A stretch of DNA of 10,180 bases from Andalucia godoyi And28 (taxonomy: Eukaryota; Protista; Jakobida): assembly GCA_009859145.1 (NCBI GenBank), contig VRVR01000036.1:1-10180 (forward strand). The letters run 5' to 3'. Below, piece after piece: positions 1-7,526 of this stretch. A model generated the notes under the pieces. It was not told the origin of the DNA and ran no database searches. It saw nothing but the letters and a program-made list of their open reading frames with translations. A program made the translations under genes and the position numbers. Every line of letters begins with the position of its first letter. The first letter of the stretch is position 1.

Positions 1-267
1 GTTGCCCAGCCCTACAAATCGCCTTTTCCGGGAGCTTGCCCAAAAATTCTCTTTGCCACAAGGTGCTCCGCCAACAGGACGAATCTTCCCGAAGTGTGCG
101 CGCGCGTGAGTCAAATTCGGAACACACAGATGAGCCGATCTGTGTGGCAGCCTGGGCATGCTGCAATCTCTCCATTCGACGGATCTCTGCTGCGGGGCCT
201 GTTGCGTCTTTACGAGTACGGTCGCCACCACAGAAGGAGTGCGGGAGCTGCAAACGATGCGCTGTTG

Positions 268-1214
268 TTAGTGGCTGCAGGAATCCGTAAAGTTGGCATT
301 GGAGAGCAGGGCCTTGTAGAGGAATCCAGTGGGGGTTTCCTCCGACGCCCACGCGTACAGACGCGGGGTGCGCTCTGCGAGGACGACTCCCAGGCCTCGC
401 CGAGCCTTTCCGCCGTTCGACGACGTGTAGTTGTGGACTGCGTACAGCGTCGTGTCCAGCTGTCCGCCCGCAATGTAGTTCACGTACAGCATGGTCGTTG
501 TTGATGGCGGCACGGATGCGCGGGCACACGTGTACGCAAGCGGACTGGGCGGAACGAACCATGCGTTGGATGTCACGTTCACCACAAAGTCCCCGGAGGT
601 CACAAAGCCCCTGAAGCTCGCAAGGCCAGTGTACGGATCCACAAAGTCGCAGCCATCCGTCCCCAGCGGATTCAAGCTCGGAACGAACGTAAACACCCGT
701 GTCGCTGCGGAGACGTTCAGGAGGCTCACTTTGTCCACGTTGGCGGCGTAGAAACCGGTCGCAAACGAGTACGCTCCGTGGGTGTAGAATGCCTCGAATC
801 GGCCGGGGATCCGTGCGAAATCAAAAATCGGAATACTGTTGCCACTGTAGGCGGTGTAGGTGTTGAGGATTTTCCCTGTGAAGGCCTGCAAGTCCACGCC
901 GACGGAGTGGCGGAGATTGCCCTGCATGATGGGATGCCGGAACGAAAAGAACACATGCATCGAGCAGCTGCAGGCAGCAACCAGCTCACCGAACCAGATC
1001 GGATAGCCAGTAACTTGCGTTCCCCCGTAAAACACGTCGTTCTTGCTCATCGTCACATTCAGGCTGAATGCGGCCCCCACGAAAGTCGTTCGCTTCTGGC
1101 AGACTTCACACATACCAGGCTGGATCCAGCAGCTGTGCTGTCAATACCATCCATGACGAACACGTAAACGGGAAGTTCTGGAACGTCAGGATGCGTTCTG
1201 TTGAGGCCTTCCAT
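268..1214 (-). CDS. Uncharacterised beta-rich, glycoprotein-like protein; probably two exons (1214 or further upstream to 1116, then 1095-268); 5' and 3' ends uncertain
   Basis: 281-codon open frame with strong G/C third-position bias (ttc agc ctg aat gtg acg atg agc aag aac gac gtg). It is rich in T/S/G/F/Y/N and has five N-x-S/T sequons (NVT, NVS, NVT, NYT, NFT). The track start MCEVCQK lies inside a GTATGT..CAG segment; removing it joins the upstream frame MEGLNRTHPDVPELPVYVFVMDGIDSTAAGSSL to KRTTFVGAAF. No signal peptide and no recognised family. Confidence 0.6.
1096..1115 (-). other. Candidate 20-nt spliceosomal intron
   Basis: GTATGTGTGAAGTCTGCCAG has a consensus-like GTATGT donor and a CAG acceptor. 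Phase-0 removal joins two open, codon-biased frames (SSL|KRTT). Confidence 0.55.
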
Positions 1215-1260
1215 CCAAAAGGATTTGATGATGTCATCCTCGAAAGAGATTTTCAGGCAG

Positions 1261-3111
1261 CTATTGCAGAGAGATTTCAGCTGTCTGACGATCACGTGCA
1301 GCTGCACAGAACTCACGTATTCGAACTGTCATCGCATTGTCTGCAATGGTGCGTTCTTCCAATTCAAAAAGCGTCGGCGCCGCGTCCCTCAGCTGCTGGA
1401 AAAACAAACGCAGAGGGCCACGGCCATCCAGTACCGGCGTGTCAAGCGAGGCATCCAGCAGACGAGCGATGATTTCTCTTCGAATCTTAAAGAGTTCCTC
1501 TTTCGTTCGCACGCGTGTATGGGAATCCTGTTGCAGATTCTTTTCATCAAGAACGATGGCCATTGGCGGTAGCCACGAGAGCACGTCGCCGAATGCAATG
1601 AACATGGTGGTCAGCATTGCCTGTTGCAAGCAGACCTGCAGTCGCTCGCCATCGGACAGATCGGCCAACGACGCCACTGCATCCAGCCAATCGGGCGAGA
1701 AGGCAGTGTGGTAGTGAAACTCGTCATTTCGCTTTTGCATAAACGAAGCACCGCCCCAATCAATCAAGCATACTGGGAACAGAAATTCATTGACAGGCTC
1801 GCTCAGAAGGACGATGTTCTGCGGACAAATGTCCATGTGGTAGATGCCCTTCTCGTGGCAGTTCGACACGATGGATGTCAGCTGGTGAAGGAGCTCGGCG
1901 CAGTAAAGCATCGCATGCTCGGAAAAGCACGATGCAAGTGGCAAAGGGTTGCCCACGGGAGTCGTGCAGAGAACACCACCGCGCTCGGACTGTCCAGAAA
2001 CCACAAGGGACGGCACCCAGTACTTATGACCGCTCCAGTCGATTGTAGCAAGTTCTATCAGTGCACTTTTCTCCACCTCCATATCTGCGAGTTTCGAAGT
2101 CGGAAAGCATTTCACGACAACCGAGGTCAACTGATCCACGAGACCCGCCGCAACCTCGACGGCATCCGGCTCTCCCACGCCATGCACGGGTCCACGCTGC
2201 AGCATTCCTACTAACTGGACCTGTTGTGCAATCGATAACGAATCAACAATTACAGACGATGCCGTAGACACGACGGGCGGCGCTTCTCCATCCCAGGCGC
2301 ACAAAGCGTGCGAGTCAAATGACAACAACGTACACAGCGCGTGCAATCCCTCCGTGTCCAGTGCAACGCGGTCTGTTTGGAAAAGATCATAGTCCCACCC
2401 TTTGCGAGTCTGCAGAATGCGGAGATGCAGGAACACGATCGACGTGCGGTTGCACGCAAATCCCCAGTACGAGCGTCGGCGTATCCCGCACTCTTCGACC
2501 ATGTGTGCAAAGCGTTGGTACACTTGCCGAACAGCCTCCTTCAGCTTCGCGTCCGCATGCTCGCCGCCAGATCCCTTGAGCTCTCCGACAAGGCAAGATT
2601 CAAAGTACGTGGGCAATCGCTTAGCAATTCGTCCGCGACAAAACAGCAAATCCACACGCTGGATGAGTCCATACAGCGCGCTTCTCGAGAAGTCCACGAG
2701 GTGCATGTCGCCATGTTTGGAAAGGAACCGAGTGAAAAACAGTCGAAATTGATCTTGCAGCGGTGGCTCCGTACAGTCCAAACGTAAACTTCCAACTGTG
2801 TCGTTCCACATTGTCTGGAAATCATCCCAGTGCAAAGGAGCGGGAGCGGACGCGAAGACTTGTTGGAGAGAGACGTTCGAAGTGTACAATTTTGTGCCGC
2901 GGCTGCGTGATGACGACCCAACGGCCAACAAATCCTGCGACAATTTGGAGAGGAAGTACTTGATATTTGACACCTCCTCTGCTGCTTGGGACTTCTTCGC
3001 TTGTTCTTCGGCAGCAAGTCTTCTTTGATGCTCTGCCTCTTTCTCTAGGCTCAGCTGCTCAATGCGCTTGAGCAGCTCCTGAACCTTATCATCTGAATCA
3101 GACGAACTCAT
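1261..3111 (-). CDS. Crinkler/CR-effector-like protein: N-terminal coiled coil + PD-(D/E)xK restriction-endonuclease-fold domain + CR/FunK1-like protein kinase (~616 aa from Met89 of the 704-aa ORF)
   Basis: Coiled coil ELLKRIEQLSLEKEAEHQRRLAAEEQAKK, then a PLHWDDF motif. Nuclease core RVDLLF...LVGELKG (D at nt 2652, E at 2583, K at 2577), followed by the helix EAVRQVYQRFAHMV and YWGFACNRTSIVFL. Kinase motifs: VVVK (beta3 Lys, nt 2112), alphaC Glu (EVE), LCTTPVG hinge, IYHMDICPQN catalytic loop (Asp at nt 1833) and LIDWG (Asp at nt 1761). The frame is uninterrupted and ends in TAG at 1261-1263. The family call comes from motif recognition, not a database search. Confidence 0.85.
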   Translation of the reverse strand: MSSSDSDDKVQELLKRIEQLSLEKEAEHQRRLAAEEQAKKSQAAEEVSNIKYFLSKLSQDLLAVGSSSRSRGTKLYTSNVSLQQVFASAPAPLHWDDFQTMWNDTVGSLRLDCTEPPLQDQFRLFFTRFLSKHGDMHLVDFSRSALYGLIQRVDLLFCRGRIAKRLPTYFESCLVGELKGSGGEHADAKLKEAVRQVYQRFAHMVEECGIRRRSYWGFACNRTSIVFLHLRILQTRKGWDYDLFQTDRVALDTEGLHALCTLLSFDSHALCAWDGEAPPVVSTASSVIVDSLSIAQQVQLVGMLQRGPVHGVGEPDAVEVAAGLVDQLTSVVVKCFPTSKLADMEVEKSALIELATIDWSGHKYWVPSLVVSGQSERGGVLCTTPVGNPLPLASCFSEHAMLYCAELLHQLTSIVSNCHEKGIYHMDICPQNIVLLSEPVNEFLFPVCLIDWGGASFMQKRNDEFHYHTAFSPDWLDAVASLADLSDGERLQVCLQQAMLTTMFIAFGDVLSWLPPMAIVLDEKNLQQDSHTRVRTKEELFKIRREIIARLLDASLDTPVLDGRGPLRLFFQQLRDAAPTLFELEERTIADNAMTVRIREFCAAARDRQTAEISLQ

Positions 3112-3124
3112 GGGCCAATACAGA

Positions 3125-3208
3125 AGTGAAATGAAATGAAAATAAAGAATGTGAATACACACAAGATGAAAGGAAGAAAGAAGAGGAAGAGAAGAAGAGA
3201 AATGTAAA
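3125..3208 (-). promoter_or_regulatory. Polypyrimidine tract immediately upstream of the REase-kinase ATG (5'UTR element, or body of a 117-nt intron 3093-3209)
   Basis: On the + strand, 3168-3202 is 35 consecutive purines and 3127-3141 is (TGAAA)3. The apparent hydrophobic peptide LHFSSSLPLLSSFHLVCIHILYFHF of the long ORF is a by-product of this C/T tract. Confidence 0.45.
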
Positions 3209-3212
3209 CCTG

Positions 3213-3239
3213 AAAAAACACCGCAAGTGCGGGGTTTTT
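3213..3239. other. Imperfect inverted repeat / stem-loop flanked by A and T runs
   Basis: AAAAAACACCGC-AAGT-GCGGGGTTTTT pairs at 10 of 11 stem positions around a 4-nt loop. Function unknown. Confidence 0.5.
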
Positions 3240-3840
3240 GTGACTGCCCCGATGGTATGAGTTCGGTACTCATGCCATTTGTCGAGTTGGGCAATTTTTC
3301 AGAATCATGCCAATTTCTCGGTCGTTCTTTCCCATTTTCCTTTTCTTCGTTGTTCTTCTTTATTGCTTTTGCCATTTACTGCGTTAAATATCAATGCCAC
3401 CCCAAGAGGATGAGGACTATGGACACCTTCGAAGAGATGCAGAGTCCACTACCACAGAAGGGTCTCTCGGGGTTTCTCACGTGCAACACGTAGCGGATCA
3501 GATTTAGCATTCCCGACTTCCACTGCGAAGGTACGCAGAGAATCTCGAACTCTATGCAGAACTGCTGTCCTGTCGGTCGGACAGGGATCTGATCACGACG
3601 TTGTACGTCGAAATGATTGCGTACCAGTCCCATTTCCAGTCACTGAACGGCATGACAAACAATTGCCACTCTCGATGCAGAAACTGGACCACTGCCTGGA
3701 CCCAGACTGAAGCACAACATATTACTTCAAGCACTCGCAATGGCATGCATTCTCTGAGTCCTCTTGTTTATGCAGTGTCATTTTGTTGGTTTGGGAAGGT
3801 TTTTGACGAACAGACACACAAAGTCCGACGAAATGGGAGA

Positions 3841-4659
3841 TCACGGCAACTGCAAAAACTCGGTCGATGTTTCTCCGTCCATGCCACCAATTGCAACAAT
3901 TGCATTTCCAGCATGAACGGCTGCAAGCGTGGACCGTGGAGTCAACATCGTTGGGCCGTTGAACCACCGATCCATTCGTGGTTCGTAGATCTCAACATCG
4001 TCTCGCGACCCAGTACCACCAATAGCAAATATCAGATCATGACCAATGGCTGCCGCATGACAGGATCGACCCCTGCTCATTTCCTTGACGTATTCCCAAT
4101 CCCCGCGGCGCGGATCGTATCGTTCTACCGAGCTCAGCTCCGTGTTCTCATCTTTCAGGCCGCCAATAGCATAAATGCATCCCAACGACGAATACACAAC
4201 AGAAGCAAATCCGTATCGTTCCTGATTCATCCAATGCAGATCAATCAACCATCGATCACACTCAAAATCATACTGCTCAACAGACGCTCCTTTCTGATAT
4301 TGCAATGTCAATCCACCAATCATAAACACCTTGCTGTTCAGTGAAACAGCACAATGAAACATTCGACCGATATTGAGTCGCGCGTCTAGAATTCTCCATT
4401 TTGAAGACAAATCGCATTCAAGCAGCTCAGCAGAATACAGATCATACTTGGGATCATCAGTATACCCACCTGTGGCAAGAATCACCCCACCTTGCTCGAC
4501 TGCAGCACCGCCATCTCGATCTATGCACATGTCCGGTCCGCGGCTCCATTCGTGGATGTCCGAGCAAAGGTCATCGACATCGATATGATAGACATACGAC
4601 GCTACCGAGGCGAACTCGCTCTGCAACGCCTTCGCAATCGTCGTGGCCTTCGAGGACGC
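3841..4659 (-). CDS. Kelch-repeat beta-propeller protein, main frame
   Basis: Five GG-containing Kelch repeats (VILATGG, VFMIGG, IYAIGG, IFAIGG, IVAIGG) with the expected spacing of SVE-x-YD, W and R motifs, e.g. GGLKDENTELSSVERYDPRRGDWEYVKEMSRGR. The frame opens after the TGA at 4660-4662, has no ATG before the first repeat, and ends with TGA at 3841-3843. Confidence 0.9.
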   Translation of the reverse strand, partial: ASSKATTIAKALQSEFASVASYVYHIDVDDLCSDIHEWSRGPDMCIDRDGGAAVEQGGVILATGGYTDDPKYDLYSAELLECDLSSKWRILDARLNIGRMFHCAVSLNSKVFMIGGLTLQYQKGASVEQYDFECDRWLIDLHWMNQERYGFASVVYSSLGCIYAIGGLKDENTELSSVERYDPRRGDWEYVKEMSRGRSCHAAAIGHDLIFAIGGTGSRDDVEIYEPRMDRWFNGPTMLTPRSTLAAVHAGNAIVAIGGMDGETSTEFLQLP

Positions 4660-4811
4660 TCAAAGGGTCTCCTATCTTGTTCAGGACTGCTCGTTTCGCT
4701 GGGTCTGCTTGCATTCGCCAGTTATGAACTGGGCAGGTATTCCTCTTCCAATCCAAACTGAGGAATTGTCGTTTACTTTTTTAATATTGTAATTAGATCT
4801 ATGAATCCCAT
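4600..4811 (-). CDS. Probable 5' part of the Kelch gene, in a different frame from the main exon
   Basis: ATG at 4811 (context aaaATG) plus removal of a 19-nt GT-AG segment gives MGFIDLITILKNLDWKRNTCPVHNWRMQADPAKRAVLNKIGDPLSVLEGHDD. This holds a Kelch-like W...R and IGD-x-LSVLEG strand. A further +1 shift near 4590-4630 is needed to reach the main frame. Confidence 0.4.
4758..4776 (-). other. Candidate 19-nt intron
   Basis: GTAAACGACAATTCCTCAG has a GTA donor and a pyrimidine-CAG acceptor. Removal links the nearest ATG (4811) to the Kelch-like frame, which otherwise has an upstream TAA. Confidence 0.4.
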
Positions 4812-5606
4812 TTTCGTCCGAAATCTACGAATATCGTGGATCCTTCAGAGGAAACAACAGACTCTCCAATCAGTTCCAAGATCATTCCGGTGTTTTTGCG
4901 TTCGTTGACAACAATTCTGTTACCCAGCACAAGAAAAGAAAAGACATCAGTAATCCCAAATCATGTAGCAAAAGTAGAACAGAAAGATTGCTCTTAAAAT
5001 CGGGAACCATTCTTCATTGACGTCGTTGCCACTGCAAAGAGTCAAGTGATTTGTCTGCGTCCAAATGTTTCGGCCAGCTCATCCAGCGTGCCAACCATAT
5101 GGTCAAGTTGGATTTGAGAAGTTTGAACAGTGAAAATTGTTTCAAATTCGACTGATTCAAACCTCCCTTTTACTGCCTCCAGAGTGCTTCAAATACAGAC
5201 TCCGGAATCAAACAGAAAAACGGTTGGCACAGCGAATTCTCTGTTGCACAGCTTAACACATTCCGAAAAGTACAGTTTTTCAGATCTACAATCAACTGTG
5301 TCGGCATGCGCTAAGAGAACAACTGAAGACAGATGAAATAGAGATCGTTGGAACGCGCAAAGATCAAAAACATCAAGAAATCTCGCACACCATGTCTTGC
5401 TCAGGCATCGAAGTCGACGACAGCGGAGATGTCAACATCACCTCGCCGCCGTTGTGGAGACCAAATTAGATACCTTTTCCAAAGCGCATAGTCTGGAAAC
5501 CGGTGCTCGAGCGGTTTCACATTTCTTCGGTCGTGGTCCACGACGAGTGGCAACAGGCCCCCGGGATGTGTTTCACCCGCTTTGCGAGCGTACAAGGTTC
5601 GCATGA

Positions 5607-6287
5607 ATCGGGCCGAGTCACAATCATAAACATGCAAGTCTATGTGACCGTGAACGACGGAAAGGAGCATTTGATGATCCGATCATTTTCGCGGAGCGGT
5701 TGGACGCAATACTTGTTTCGGAAATCTCGCTGTTGACGCAGCAGTTCGATCGAGATTTGAGAATATTGCAAGAGGACACAAATGCAAAAATCCTTCAGGC
5801 ACAAGCTCAAGCCCAGTCTCAGATCCTTGCTGTTGCCAAATGGATCTCCTTAACTGGGGTTACAAATAACCAATTACAGAATTGGATGAATTTACATGCT
5901 CGCTTGAGACTCCTCCCAGCAATCGGCACCAACGAAAGCATCGTCCTGAATCAGTATTCTGACGAAGATCTTTTATGCCTTGCAAGGTTTCACGAATCAG
6001 GACTTCTAACGAGCAGAGCTCTTCGGTTCGAACATATCCCTCCCGATATTCTTCCGCGAATGGAAGAGATTATGAAGACGATGCTCTTTCACAAAGTTTC
6101 TAGCGGCCCAACAGAAAATCTTACCACAACATGTGTCGAAATTTCAAAAACTTCTCTGATTCCGTCAGTACCACACCCATCCTACCATTCATTGTTGGAT
6201 GTTTGTACCTTTGTTTGCAAAGTTTGGAAGAGCATCACCTCCAAAAGCGCATTTGCACAGTTTAGTTGCAAGAAATTCTGTTCTTGA
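5607..6287 (+). CDS. Hypothetical protein with N-terminal coiled coil; start not defined (probably has an upstream exon)
   Basis: The frame is open for 226 codons between the TGA at 5604-5606 and the TGA at 6285-6287. It contains the heptad-like segment EISLLTQQFDRDLRILQEDTNAKILQAQAQAQSQILAVAKW. The first ATG is at 5886, downstream of the protein-like part. No recognised family. Confidence 0.5.
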   Translation: MGPSHNHKHASLCDRERRKGAFDDPIIFAERLDAILVSEISLLTQQFDRDLRILQEDTNAKILQAQAQAQSQILAVAKWISLTGVTNNQLQNWMNLHARLRLLPAIGTNESIVLNQYSDEDLLCLARFHESGLLTSRALRFEHIPPDILPRMEEIMKTMLFHKVSSGPTENLTTTCVEISKTSLIPSVPHPSYHSLLDVCTFVCKVWKSITSKSAFAQFSCKKFCS

Positions 6288-7007
6288 GAAATCATCTCAC
6301 ATTCTGCAGGATCTTCGTTGACTTTACTCATAATTTGATGATAGTTCGGGAAGCATGATTCAGTTTTTCATGTGCAGTTTCTGTTTCGGAGAAAATGGCA
6401 GACGTTTTCAAAAACACCTTAAAACCATCTTTTTCCGGTGGACATTCGCGGCGCGTTTTGTTCTCATTTCTGAATACAATGACTCATCCTGCATATGCCT
6501 TGCCCTGCATTCACAAGATGCTGCGGAACACACTTATTTCCTCTTGCTTTGCATCGTTCCAGACTGACGTCTGTCGAAATATTGCAGAAACCAACCAACA
6601 TCATCTTGGTCTTGTTGCAATTCCTGGTTATGTGGTGAATCATTCTCAACTGTGGCCAACATAGAAAAATGCAAATTCCAGAAGACAAGGAAATTTTGAT
6701 CCAATCCGGGGATGGAAACAAAGTGATTCAAATAAGAGAAAAGATGTACAAACAAGAAGCGGGTGTACGGTGCATGCCTTTGTGTTAAGTGGTCGACGTG
6801 CCTCGGAGAAGGAGTCAACTTATTGTATGTGTTTGTTCAGAGCCAAAGAGAAACGTGATGATAATGTGATTCGAGCCACGAGAACGTCGATTGCACAGTT
6901 CACACATCGATACTTACTCAAGAATTGATTTTTCCGATTTTAAACCAGAAAAACATTTTGCACCCTGTCGACTGAAAAAGATGACCGCAGGATCTGGAAG
7001 TCGTTGA

Positions 7008-7397
7008 GACAAGGTCGGATCTGGTCTTGCCGAGTGGGTAGGTGCCGCGCAGAGCCTGGTGTCTCATAGATATCCAGTACCTCGTGCTTCTCTTCCTTTG
7101 GTGTCTGTTGATCGCCTTGAATTGGTACCTAATAGATTCCCAGTAGCGGTTGCAGCGGGAGATCTCATTTGTCTGCCTCCTTTATTTGTTTCAATGTTTA
7201 AGAATCTCCAGATCGTCGCTCCTTTGGGCGAGAAAAAATGTCGAAGCAGGGCAAGCAGAGAGAGTTGTGCTCGACTTGCGAGACAGTCCGGGATTGGACT
7301 AGTCGCAAATGCTGCTTGCAACAATGTGGAAGAGATCGTAGCAGACATGGTTTCGCGGCTAGCAGCGTGCACCGACGAGGTATTACAGTGCGAATGA
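7008..7397 (+). CDS. Possible hypothetical protein or exon
   Basis: 129 open codons between two TGAs, with V/A/L/E/G-rich composition (CNNVEEIVADMVSRLAACTDEVLQCE). A competing antisense ORF (7064-7426) exists and no motif was recognised. Confidence 0.25.
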   Translation, partial: DKVGSGLAEWVGAAQSLVSHRYPVPRASLPLVSVDRLELVPNRFPVAVAAGDLICLPPLFVSMFKNLQIVAPLGEKKCRSRASRESCARLARQSGIGLVANAACNNVEEIVADMVSRLAACTDEVLQCE

Positions 7398-7526
7398 AGA
7401 TTCGGCTCTGGTTGTGACTGCGGCAAACGAGTAATAAGCAGCCCAACGTTTGAAACAGAAACGATGTGCAGAATCGCGGTTATCCATTTGAAATTTGTAG
7501 GGGCCAGGCCAGCGGAATCGCACCAG

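Noticed and set aside
974-995. 22-nt GTGAG..CTGCAG intron look-alike in the left ORF
   Set aside because: Removal would shift an already open, codon-biased frame. An in-frame 114-nt alternative exists, but nothing in the sequence requires it.
94-3028. Overlapping + strand ORFs (94-504, 778-1167, 1068-1472, 1624-2214, 2341-2787, etc.)
   Set aside because: They are antisense shadows of GC3-biased - strand genes and contain no recognisable motifs.
3112-3375. N-terminal 88 aa of the 704-aa ORF as a translated transmembrane segment
   Set aside because: The F/S/L/H-rich stretch is the translation of a C/T tract. Met89 begins a convincing coiled coil, so the stretch is more likely UTR or intron.
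3601-4344. 247-aa + strand ORF
   Set aside because: It is antisense to the Kelch repeats and has the composition of a shadow frame.
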